A stretch of 64,000 bases of DNA, from the IMG/VR virus record IMGVR_UViG_3300046323_000587, positions 124,001 to 188,000 of that record; one strand, 5' to 3'. This document shows, piece after piece, positions 30,253 to 39,736 of the stretch (its first letter is position 1; each line of letters starts with the position of its first letter). Both the position numbers and the translations under genes were made by a program. The notes under the pieces are model-generated. The model saw only the letters and a list, made by a program, of their open reading frames with translations. It ran no database searches and had not been told where the DNA came from.

Positions 30253-30285
30253 ATCGAAATTTTAATGTAATAATTAAAATAAAGC

Positions 30286-30349
30286 ATTTTAAGAAAGTAT
30301 TTTATAAAAGTAATTTAAAACTATTGATAAAATTTAAGTTTCTTAAAAT
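30286..30349. repeat. 11-bp inverted repeat in muzzle/cargo intergenic region (hairpin or terminator-like)
   Basis: attttaagaaa (30286-30296) and tttcttaaaat (30339-30349), followed on the - strand by GCTTTATTTT. Confidence 0.45.
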
Positions 30350-30426
30350 ATTTGAAAGTGTTTGAAAATACTTAAAAAATTACTTGAATTTATTTAGCTA
30401 AGTAAATTATTGTTTTACACATTAGA

Positions 30427-33400
30427 TTAACTAAAAGATTCTAAATATTTAGTAACAATAGCTTGTATCATAGAATATTCCATTCCTTCATAAGTAATTT
30501 TTATTCTACAATATTTATCTCTAATTTGTCTATTATTACCAAATACACTTTTAGCAGGATTAATAGAGCCTAATTTATCATTAGTATTTTTATCTATCTG
30601 AATGTAGTGAATATTTTCTCTATACTCGTGATTAGCGTGAATAATACCAACAATAGTAGGATCTAAACTTCCTTTATCGTAAGCATAACGATCTCTATAT
30701 CTTGATAAAATAGGTTGTTCAAGATATATTTTATTAGGGTACGGCAATACATCATCTCTTTTAAATTCATTGTCGTTAGTATATTCTATTTTAGTTGGTG
30801 GAACTTCATTTGCAATTATAGTAAGATTAGTAAATACTTTATGTTGTAATCCATCAACTACTACAAACTCTATAACAAATTCTTTTTGTTCTCCATAATA
30901 ATTACAATAAAGAGGTATTCCAGAAGCAGTAACAGCTGTATGATGTTGCCAAATTTGTTCTGTGTTAGATGTTAAAGGAAAAGAATGTAAATCTCCTGTT
31001 ATAGAAAAGGCTCTTGAAGGATACCAAGTATAATAAGTTGTCCAACGACCATTTCCACCTTGTTGTTCATTCCAAGCAATATGATGTTTAAATGAACCTT
31101 CTTCTTTTGGTGATTTAATTTCAGCTATTTTATATCCAGATATTTTATCTACTGTAACTGGTACACAACTTGTAATTGGTGGTGGTGCCGGTGCATCATA
31201 ATAAAAAGACACATTTGTATATAAACCAAAACCACTATTTCTATCAGAAAGCCACCCTTTATAAGTATTTGTAGAAGAAGGTGGTAGTATAGGATATGGT
31301 GGTAAAGGGATGTTTAATCCGTTAATAGTTAAAGTTATATTACCCAAAGAATCTACTGTCCAAATATGTAAAGATTCTACTCCATCTGGTATAACATAAG
31401 CAGGTAAAGCTGACATAGTGGCTACACCATTAACATAAATTTCAAAACCTCCCCACAGATTTCTAGAATTAATATGTCCAACACAAATGCTATTACCGCC
31501 ATAAAATAATCCTGCCATTTGTGCAGGATAAGCAAACATATTTACAATATATGTAGTTGTATAACTAAAAGTAAAAGCAATAGTAGAAAAATTAGTTGTT
31601 ACTGATTTTCCTCCATCATTTGGGTCTGTTGTATCATAACCCCAACCAGGTGAATTTATATCTATATCAACTGAAGTAGATTGTATATTAGATACTATGC
31701 CACGTATATAGTTAGTTTCTAATGTCAATATACTTCCTCCTATACCACTAATTTGTTCACAACAATAATCTCCTGCATAAATAGTAATTAAATCATAGTT
31801 ATTATTAATAAAAGTAAAATGAACATTATTTTTATTTCCATCATAAAATCCGTACACTTCATTATTCAATAAAGTAATATTTTTATTAACTAATTCATTT
31901 TGTACTTTAACTAACAAAGTTTGCAATCTAAAATCACTTATCAATTGCAATTGACCATTAAATCTCCATATTTTATGATTATTAATATCAACTCCATAAA
32001 TAGATTCTCCAGTTGATACAATACTAAATTGCCATCTAGTTCCGTACCCATTTCCTACATAAGCATTTCTAGAATTTAATACTTGTCCTTCACTTATATA
32101 AATACTTGCAGCTGTATCATTATTTAATAGTTGTCTTTCATCAATAGGTATATAAGATAATTCTCTTTCTTGAATAATGAATAATTTATCTCCTTGAAAT
32201 TCTTTTATAGCTACAATCTCACCATATTGAGAATCATAATCTTGTTTGGAAGAATGTTGAAGATACCTATAACTATTAATAAATGAATTTTTTACATTTA
32301 AATTAGAAAATACAACTCTTGTTTCAAATCTATTTGTAATATAAGGTAAAGAAGTATCTAAAGCTATTGTAAATCTTCCCATAGAGCTGTATTCAAATCC
32401 TATATTTGCTTGTTTAGTTTCTAATAAATTATATTCAGAAAAAGGATTGCTTCCACCAAATGGGTCTCCTTCTCCAGTAGTAAAAGACATATTATAAGGA
32501 AAGAAAGATCTTTTTCTTAATTCTTCTACTTCCACTAATTCAGGTTCCCTAGATGAATAATTGTAATTGTTTTCAGTTACTATTGAAATAGTATAACCTA
32601 ATCTAGTTGTTTTTGCTGATTCATCACTATTAATTTCTGTACGAGACACATTTTTTGCATTATTACGATAAATCTTTTTATATCCAACATTAATAAAACA
32701 ATCACCTTGAAAAGCAGTAATAGTATCATTAGTTAATACATTAAAATTACCAGTTGAAGGTTTAGTAGAAGGAAAGTAGTATCTATCTGTAATAGCAAAA
32801 TATTGTTCATTTGCAGGTTGATACTTATTCTTAAATATATCTTGACGAACAGTTTTATTTAAAAAATCAGTTTTATAGATATTAATTATTCTATTAGATA
32901 CCAAAGTATTTGAAGGATTGTATTCACTAGGTGTAAATCCAGCTAACATACCTTCTTTTCCATCATATAAAGTAGATACATCAGAAGGTACTCCTATATT
33001 GCTAATATCATTGCTGTATCTATTAGTGATAGGATATCTTTCAGATAATTTTACTCCTATATAATCTTCAAATGTAAGTGGATGATAAGTATATTGTCTA
33101 TCATTATCTTCTGCAAAATCATTTATTTTAACTACTGCAGTAAATTCAGCTTGTGAAGAAAACACATTAGGAGATACACCGGCACTATCTTGAAATACAT
33201 AATCTAGTGAAGCTTTAAGATTTCTTTTAAATGTTGGACCTACAAATGTATGAGAAACTGTCTTTAATAAAGAAAAAGTTGAAGAAGTTGAATTATTTTT
33301 ACTATACCTAGTTTTATTAGGGTAATACATTTTTAAATTAGCTTGACCAAGAGTATGTAAATAAAAAGACACTCCAGCTAATTTTTGACTATATATAGTT

Positions 33401-35580
33401 TTATTAACACTTAAATCATTTGAATAAAAAGCAAATCTTTTATATTGTTCCTCAAAAGGTGTCCATCTTCCGTGATATTTAGTTGGACCTAATAAACCAT
33501 TAGTTACTCCCCATTTAGAATCTCCTCCTCCGTTAAGATAAGGATTTTTGCCTACTTCATTAGAATTACCGTCATCATCAGTTTCTTCATCATCTACATC
33601 AGCTTCAAATAAACCCAAAGATTCTAGCATATAACCAAAAGCAGGTATAAATTTACTGTTAGCCATACTAAAATTAGTGGAATTAGGTCTTTTCACATCA
33701 CTTGTATCAAATTCAAAAGCATCAAATTTCCAATGTGCATTACCTACTCCAGCATTATTATAGTTTTGTAATTGAGAGCCGTACAAATCTCCACCTGGTC
33801 CACCTGTATCATAAGGACTTTTATGTAATGTAGGAACTAATAAAGTATCAATCATATAACCTTGTGTTAATACATCTTCTTTACGATTAGTTCTTACCAT
33901 ATAAAAACCAATAGTACCTTCTGGTTGTGGTTCTCCGATTGGAAAATTAAATTTTACACCTAAAACATTAAATTGAGAAGCTTCCAATACACCTGCAAAA
34001 AGATCTCTTTTAGGAAAACGATAAACTCCTTGAACATTTTCTAAATTAGTTGTATCAAATAAATCAATATTAAATGATTTATAGCTATAAGAAGGAGTAG
34101 CAATTGTATCAAAATTATCTATTCCTCTAATTGGTATTACAGGAGAAGTTGAACCATTTGAGTAAATATAAACAATACCAAAAGAGTAAGTCTCTCCTCC
34201 CCAATAACCTAAATTATAATAAATATTGTTAGAATTATTATAACCAAATCTATCTACACTTCCTGAAATAGCATCTAAGTATTCTATATCATATCCACCA
34301 TTAGATTGAGTTACACCAAAAGCAGGTATTTTTTTAATTTCGTAAGTAGTTGTAATTTTATTTGCGTGAAGTTTTAATAGTTCATAATTATATTGACTTA
34401 TTTTAATATTGCCTATAAATAACCTATTTCTAATTTGACAAATGCTTCTAGCTGTATCTACATCAAGAAAATCTACTGGAAAATTATTGAGATCTTCATT
34501 TACTTTATCTTCTTGACCTGTAAAAGTAAATTCATAAAAAGTGTCTGTAATGGGGTATTTTTTTATTATTGTATAACCAAATTGAGCAGAAACTACTTTT
34601 CCATAAGAATATACATAAGATACTTGAACATAAGAGTAAGAAGTATCAATATTATCTAAACGAAATTTAATTACTTTATTTACATTATCTTTTGTATCAT
34701 CTAAACCTTTTCCTCCTCTTGTAGAAACTACACTATTACCGTGAAACATAGATACCATTGAAGACTCTGATACAATATTAGTATTATTTCCATCCACAGT
34801 AGCAAATCTAAAATAAAACTTATAATTTCCAGTTGGAAAACTACCAAGAGTTGATTCTAATAAACCATTAAAAGTAAGTTTTGTAATTAAAGTAGATTGT
34901 AGAACTAATTTAATTGTATTATTGAAGTTTAAAGAAGAATAGAAATTAGTATCTTTAATTTGAGTACGAAATATGATTTTAGCTTTTTTATTAGGTAATA
35001 CTGAAAAAGCAGAATTAACTATTCTAATTGGATTATAGTTATCTGTAAAGACAATATTCATTGAATTATCATAACTCTTTTGCAATTCAACTTCACAAGG
35101 TTGATTAATATTAAAAGTAAACTCTGCTGCATTAAACTCTCCATAATTAATATAATCTAATAATTGAGAATAGTTTGGATTAGTAAGATTACAATAATTT
35201 CTTAATGGGGAATACTGGTCTATAATAGCACATTCATATTCATTTGGTCTGTTTGGATCTTGTAATAAACCTTCATAATCAGGACTAGGAAATGTACCTA
35301 TTTCTCCTCTTCCTGTAAAAGACTGTCTATCAGCATTATATTCAGCTGAAATAATATAAGCAATTCCATCAACATCTTTAACTCCAATACAAGTGTAATT
35401 AGGTTTTAGTTGAGATAAATAAGTATTACCTCTATTAGTTTGAATTACATTTTCGTTTCCTTGATGTGTAATAAATTCTGCATTTTCAGCATAAGTTAAT
35501 ACATTAGGCGGTGTTTGATAATTGCTAAAATCTTGAACTATACCTTCTTCAAAAGTATTTTGTGCTTGTTTTTGTGGCAT
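30427..35580 (-). CDS. Muzzle / tail stabilisation protein (P22 gp10-like, crAss-type), 1717 aa
   Basis: N-term NTFEEGIVQD...NVLTYAENAEFITHQGNE, GEIGTFPSPDY, DNSMNIVFTDNYNPIRIVN, YYNLGYWGGETYSFGIVY, FQGDCFIN, DYDSQYGEI, C-term IRDKYCRIKITY: hallmark blocks of the Crassvirales muzzle protein. Confidence 0.85.
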   Translation of the reverse strand: MPQKQAQNTFEEGIVQDFSNYQTPPNVLTYAENAEFITHQGNENVIQTNRGNTYLSQLKPNYTCIGVKDVDGIAYIISAEYNADRQSFTGRGEIGTFPSPDYEGLLQDPNRPNEYECAIIDQYSPLRNYCNLTNPNYSQLLDYINYGEFNAAEFTFNINQPCEVELQKSYDNSMNIVFTDNYNPIRIVNSAFSVLPNKKAKIIFRTQIKDTNFYSSLNFNNTIKLVLQSTLITKLTFNGLLESTLGSFPTGNYKFYFRFATVDGNNTNIVSESSMVSMFHGNSVVSTRGGKGLDDTKDNVNKVIKFRLDNIDTSYSYVQVSYVYSYGKVVSAQFGYTIIKKYPITDTFYEFTFTGQEDKVNEDLNNFPVDFLDVDTARSICQIRNRLFIGNIKISQYNYELLKLHANKITTTYEIKKIPAFGVTQSNGGYDIEYLDAISGSVDRFGYNNSNNIYYNLGYWGGETYSFGIVYIYSNGSTSPVIPIRGIDNFDTIATPSYSYKSFNIDLFDTTNLENVQGVYRFPKRDLFAGVLEASQFNVLGVKFNFPIGEPQPEGTIGFYMVRTNRKEDVLTQGYMIDTLLVPTLHKSPYDTGGPGGDLYGSQLQNYNNAGVGNAHWKFDAFEFDTSDVKRPNSTNFSMANSKFIPAFGYMLESLGLFEADVDDEETDDDGNSNEVGKNPYLNGGGDSKWGVTNGLLGPTKYHGRWTPFEEQYKRFAFYSNDLSVNKTIYSQKLAGVSFYLHTLGQANLKMYYPNKTRYSKNNSTSSTFSLLKTVSHTFVGPTFKRNLKASLDYVFQDSAGVSPNVFSSQAEFTAVVKINDFAEDNDRQYTYHPLTFEDYIGVKLSERYPITNRYSNDISNIGVPSDVSTLYDGKEGMLAGFTPSEYNPSNTLVSNRIINIYKTDFLNKTVRQDIFKNKYQPANEQYFAITDRYYFPSTKPSTGNFNVLTNDTITAFQGDCFINVGYKKIYRNNAKNVSRTEINSDESAKTTRLGYTISIVTENNYNYSSREPELVEVEELRKRSFFPYNMSFTTGEGDPFGGSNPFSEYNLLETKQANIGFEYSSMGRFTIALDTSLPYITNRFETRVVFSNLNVKNSFINSYRYLQHSSKQDYDSQYGEIVAIKEFQGDKLFIIQERELSYIPIDERQLLNNDTAASIYISEGQVLNSRNAYVGNGYGTRWQFSIVSTGESIYGVDINNHKIWRFNGQLQLISDFRLQTLLVKVQNELVNKNITLLNNEVYGFYDGNKNNVHFTFINNNYDLITIYAGDYCCEQISGIGGSILTLETNYIRGIVSNIQSTSVDIDINSPGWGYDTTDPNDGGKSVTTNFSTIAFTFSYTTTYIVNMFAYPAQMAGLFYGGNSICVGHINSRNLWGGFEIYVNGVATMSALPAYVIPDGVESLHIWTVDSLGNITLTINGLNIPLPPYPILPPSSTNTYKGWLSDRNSGFGLYTNVSFYYDAPAPPPITSCVPVTVDKISGYKIAEIKSPKEEGSFKHHIAWNEQQGGNGRWTTYYTWYPSRAFSITGDLHSFPLTSNTEQIWQHHTAVTASGIPLYCNYYGEQKEFVIEFVVVDGLQHKVFTNLTIIANEVPPTKIEYTNDNEFKRDDVLPYPNKIYLEQPILSRYRDRYAYDKGSLDPTIVGIIHANHEYRENIHYIQIDKNTNDKLGSINPAKSVFGNNRQIRDKYCRIKITYEGMEYSMIQAIVTKYLESFS

Positions 35581-35586
35581 AGTGGT

Positions 35587-36105
35587 TTATTTATTTTCTT
35601 TATTTACATTAATTTTAATTTTACCTAATTTAATTTCTATATCTGTATTAAATATTTCTACACTACTTGCAATTGTATCAAATAAATTAACTATAATAGT
35701 GTTAATAATATAATAAGAAACATACTTATATTTTCTGACTAATTTAAAAATATAATTTTTTAAAGGAATAAATTTCTTTTCTTCTTGATTAAATGATTTA
35801 TTACAATTTAATTGATACCTTTTATAATTAATATCTTCACCAATTAAATATTCTATTTCATAATATAATTTACCTTCAATACAATTTAAATAATGAAAAT
35901 GATTATATAATATAGAAGAACTCAATTCAATTCTTAAAGATGTTTTTGATAAATCTTTGAATAACAAATTAAAGAAATCTTTTAAAATAGATTTAATTAA
36001 GTTATTTAAAGAAGTGATTTGAAATTCTAATTGAAGTTTAACATCAAATAAAGAATACATTTGATTTAATTTTTTTGTTTGTAATGTAGAAATATCGAAT
36101 AACAT
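35587..36105 (-). CDS. Hypothetical protein (172 aa); syntenic with crAss IHF-like subunit genes
   Basis: Lies between ring protein and muzzle; IHF-likeness is positional only. Confidence 0.4.
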   Translation of the reverse strand: MLFDISTLQTKKLNQMYSLFDVKLQLEFQITSLNNLIKSILKDFFNLLFKDLSKTSLRIELSSSILYNHFHYLNCIEGKLYYEIEYLIGEDINYKRYQLNCNKSFNQEEKKFIPLKNYIFKLVRKYKYVSYYIINTIIVNLFDTIASSVEIFNTDIEIKLGKIKINVNKENK

Positions 36106-36116
36106 AATATATCTAT

Positions 36117-36800
36117 TTAGTATCTAAAATTATTTCTTTTACCATATTGCCAAATATCTTTTTTCTTTAAGATTTTTCGTAATCCATCAATAAAATTATC
36201 TGTAATATAGTCACTAACTCTTGCTTGATTACAAGCTTTTTGCCATTCAGCTATTGCCATTTGAAGTAAATCAGCTCTTCCAATTCCAGAATAAACTTTC
36301 TTTCTTTGATAATTCATATTACAATAATGAGCAAGTGCAATAGCTGTTTTTTCATCAATCATTGGTAATCCGTTATCATCAGAAGTATATCCTCCATAAA
36401 TAATATGAACTTTAGTTTTATATTGAGAATTAATTTTAACTTTATTTCCAAGAAATTCAAAATTAATTAAATTTCCTTGAAATTCATTTTCACTTACTTC
36501 TTCCATTTGACAACAAGAGTGAGTACCAATAATACTTAATCTTTTACAAGGATGATATTTAGTACCAATAGAAACAGATTTAATTATACCTACATTACAA
36601 GGAAGAAATATATCTCCATTACTATCAGCAGTTCCTTCATAAAGGTATGTAGAAGTATAAATATTACCTATTAATGGTAAAGCTATTTGAGCTGAATCTA
36701 AAATTGTGTTTTCATCAATATCAGTTATTCCAAACATTGTAGAAAGATAGAATTTAACTGAATCAATTGAAACAAGTGTGTGTGTTGCGTTATTTTGCAT
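36117..36800 (-). CDS. Tail ring (tubular) protein
   Basis: IFLPCNV...VHIIYGG..SDDNGLPMIDEKTAIALAHYC...WQKACNQAR, conserved crAss ring protein pattern; synteny with muzzle. Confidence 0.75.
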   Translation of the reverse strand: MQNNATHTLVSIDSVKFYLSTMFGITDIDENTILDSAQIALPLIGNIYTSTYLYEGTADSNGDIFLPCNVGIIKSVSIGTKYHPCKRLSIIGTHSCCQMEEVSENEFQGNLINFEFLGNKVKINSQYKTKVHIIYGGYTSDDNGLPMIDEKTAIALAHYCNMNYQRKKVYSGIGRADLLQMAIAEWQKACNQARVSDYITDNFIDGLRKILKKKDIWQYGKRNNFRY

Positions 36801-37602
36801 TGTTATAAATCAAATATTTTAAAATATAAATTGGTAATTTTCCACCATCTTTAAATGATTCAATATCACCAAATTTGTAATTAAATAAATTGGGATCAAT
36901 ATAAGATTTTTTACAAACATTAGGCGTATTATTAAGATAATGAGAAACATACTCAGCTACTTTTTGTATAGCTTGTTTATATTCTTTTTTAGTCTTAGGT
37001 TTAGGTAATTCTTTAATTGATTGATATGCAAACCAATTAGCTCTGAATGTGCGAAAGTCTTTTGAAGAATATTTAACTGAAATCTTATCTTTAATAAATC
37101 TAGTAAATTCTCTATCTGTTATATTGAATACAGGGGAAATCTTATTAGCTAATACTACTTTAATTAAATCACTAAGATGTTTAGGAAAAGAGAATGTATT
37201 TTGAACATGCTTCTTACCAAGAAAATCAAAATGAGCTAATCCTTTACTAAAACTAATATGTTTAGGTAATAATGTAGTCAATCCATAAGTCTTAACAAAT
37301 TTAGATTTGATTTTTGAACCTGGCATAGGTACAGTCATATAGCCATCGCTTGAGCCTAAGTTCCCGGATCTAATTCCGGTTTGTAGCACTAGAAGCAAAC
37401 CTACTGCACAATTATATTCTTTTGTTGTAGGCCTTCCAGGATTTTTCTCTAAAATTTTGTATAACTTATCAACAATGTTCTTATATTCATTAGCTATCAT
37501 TGCAACACGATTAAACTTAACTTCAGTAGAACCAGTTAAATTACCAAAGAATTGAGTTATCTCTCCATCTATTTTAAATGTTTCTGGTTTTAAATCTTTC
37601 AT
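36790..37602 (-). CDS. DNA topoisomerase IB catalytic core (bacterial-type), C-terminal FKDGGKL tag
   Basis: Catalytic pentad intact: TGIRSGN (R), YGLTTL, FDFLGKKHV (K), SKDFRTF (R), LNNTPNVCKKSYIDP (N and nucleophile Y). Lacks the usual N-terminal domain. Confidence 0.9.
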   Translation of the reverse strand: MKDLKPETFKIDGEITQFFGNLTGSTEVKFNRVAMIANEYKNIVDKLYKILEKNPGRPTTKEYNCAVGLLLVLQTGIRSGNLGSSDGYMTVPMPGSKIKSKFVKTYGLTTLLPKHISFSKGLAHFDFLGKKHVQNTFSFPKHLSDLIKVVLANKISPVFNITDREFTRFIKDKISVKYSSKDFRTFRANWFAYQSIKELPKPKTKKEYKQAIQKVAEYVSHYLNNTPNVCKKSYIDPNLFNYKFGDIESFKDGGKLPIYILKYLIYNNAK

Positions 37603-39731
37603 TATTTCTTTTTCTTAATTGATTTATCATATTTCTTCTTTATAGCTTCAAATAAATTACGTTGTCTATCAGTCAATTTTTTTCCTTTAATAGCTCCTTC
37701 TTTTAAACTATTAGTAACAATATCTTTACTCATATTAGTTTTATATTCTTTATCATTAGCTTTAATATTAAATTTCTTTAATGATTTAAGTGTACCTCCT
37801 GATTTATAAGTATATTGTAATGGAATTCCTTTATTAAATTTAGTAGGTTTATTAATATTAGGAAATATCTTTTGGTAGTCTAAAATTTCTCCTAAATGAC
37901 TTCTCATTAAAGATGTTCCTTGAGGGTGTTTTGAAGTAGATTTAAGTTTCTTTTTAATAGAACCTCCTTTTGAATGTTGTTCTTTTTGATTATATAAACC
38001 AGAACCAATACCAACAGTAGAACCTCCTATTAATGCTTTATGTATATTAGGATTACTCCAATCCCATTTACCAAGATGTTCACGGAATAGGGATTTGAAT
38101 TGAGTTGGTTTTCTTACTGCAATAGATTCAGCATTTGTAGAAAATTCTTTTCCAATTACTGCATCATAATCTTTATTTCTAGTAGGCTCAGTCAAACTTT
38201 CTTTATTTAAACTATTTATTTGATTTTCTATTTCTTGTTGTTCTTTTAATTTAGCTGTGAATTCTTTCTTTCTTTCATTCATCCAACTATTTTTTGATCT
38301 ACCTGTATTATTTAATATATTTGGTAAATCAGGATAGCCTTTTATGTGAGATTCATAATAACTGTCTAAAGCTTTATCAAACTCTTCTAAATTATCTGAA
38401 TTCTTACCAAATAATTCTTTTGGAGTTTCTCTAATAATTTTATTAGTTTTGTCTGTAAGTTGTTTTTTATATTCTTCTGATGTTCCGTAAAAAGTTCTTA
38501 CAGATTCGTTATCTAAATTTCCAAAACTTCCAGCTGGTTGATCTGGTCTCTCAATATTATTAGTAAAAGGGGTTTTAGTACTTACTAATAAAGGAGAAAT
38601 ATGTTTAGAATTTTTTACATATTTATCAGGTATATATTTATGAGCATTGACACCTTCGTAAATTGATAATGGGTCAAATCTTTTAAGAGATTCTTCATAT
38701 TGTTCTTTTAATTCATTATTTTTTCTATTTAAATGTAAATCTCTTATTATAGAACTTGCTTCTGGAGTATAAGTGTAAGCATATTTTTTATCTGGAGTAG
38801 CCCAAAATAGTTCTAAATTTTTACTATATTCTGGTTTTACACGTACTTCTCCTTTTTCGGCTCTTTCTGAATTTGATTTACTTCCACCTCTATAATAAAT
38901 ATCTTGTACTTTACTACCCTTTAATTCTTTTTGTGCTTGTTCTGATTTAGTAGAAAGATAAAGTGCATCTGCTATATCATCATCTTTTGTATTTAAATCT
39001 TTATAATACTCTCTAGCACCAGGAATTTCATCTTTTATTTGTCCATACAATTTACTACCTCTATCAACTTCAATACCTTGTTCTTTTGCTTGTTTAAGAA
39101 AATCAGTAAACATTTCAGTATTACTTACATAATCTTTAATAACAGGTTTAAATGTCTTTGCAGCATCTCCAGCTAATCCAAATAATGGTAATACTCCTGC
39201 TAATGTCAATGGTGAAATTTTACCTGTTGATTTATATTCTTTCCAAGCATCAGAAGCACCTTTAACATCTCCAATTACTGGTAACATATCTGCAACAGTA
39301 TTAACAATAGATTTACTTACAGCTTTGTTATCCATTGTTTTATCAAGTTTATCTTTTGTATTAGGAACATTCACATTACCTAATGTAGCAGTAGTATTCT
39401 TTTGTCTAGGTAAAAGATTAGCTTCTTGTGATTGTCTTTGAGACATACCAAATCCACTAGCATTACCGCCACGTTCTTTTTCTATACGTCTCTGAATAGC
39501 TAATCTCGTACTCATATCATCACCTTGTTCTTCTGATAGTTTTTCAATCTCTTGTTGTTGTTCTCTTTTATCAGATAATAAACCTTTATTGATTTTAAAT
39601 TCAAAATAGCTGATTGCTCTACTATTTTTATGCTTAATAGCATTAGCATACATATTTCTTTCAACTGGTGAAAGATGCTTATTAGCACCAACTTGTAATG
39701 CTTGTTTATCTCCGTCTTGATATTTATTCAT
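37602..39731 (-). CDS. Tagged polymorphic-effector-like protein: shared N-domain, pre-toxin TG-like helix, ADP-ribosyltransferase (ART-PolyVal-like) domain (709 aa)
   Basis: MNKYQDG start; TVADMLPVIGDVKG...LAGVLPLFG (~39170-39310); SKVQDIYYRGG...LFWATPDKKYAYTY...KTPF...DYDAVI...ESIAVRKPTQFKS...GKWDWSNPNIH (~38030-38930); tags HSKGGSI and YKSGGTL. Confidence 0.65.
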   Translation of the reverse strand: MNKYQDGDKQALQVGANKHLSPVERNMYANAIKHKNSRAISYFEFKINKGLLSDKREQQQEIEKLSEEQGDDMSTRLAIQRRIEKERGGNASGFGMSQRQSQEANLLPRQKNTTATLGNVNVPNTKDKLDKTMDNKAVSKSIVNTVADMLPVIGDVKGASDAWKEYKSTGKISPLTLAGVLPLFGLAGDAAKTFKPVIKDYVSNTEMFTDFLKQAKEQGIEVDRGSKLYGQIKDEIPGAREYYKDLNTKDDDIADALYLSTKSEQAQKELKGSKVQDIYYRGGSKSNSERAEKGEVRVKPEYSKNLELFWATPDKKYAYTYTPEASSIIRDLHLNRKNNELKEQYEESLKRFDPLSIYEGVNAHKYIPDKYVKNSKHISPLLVSTKTPFTNNIERPDQPAGSFGNLDNESVRTFYGTSEEYKKQLTDKTNKIIRETPKELFGKNSDNLEEFDKALDSYYESHIKGYPDLPNILNNTGRSKNSWMNERKKEFTAKLKEQQEIENQINSLNKESLTEPTRNKDYDAVIGKEFSTNAESIAVRKPTQFKSLFREHLGKWDWSNPNIHKALIGGSTVGIGSGLYNQKEQHSKGGSIKKKLKSTSKHPQGTSLMRSHLGEILDYQKIFPNINKPTKFNKGIPLQYTYKSGGTLKSLKKFNIKANDKEYKTNMSKDIVTNSLKEGAIKGKKLTDRQRNLFEAIKKKYDKSIKKKK

Positions 39732-39736
39732 TGTCG

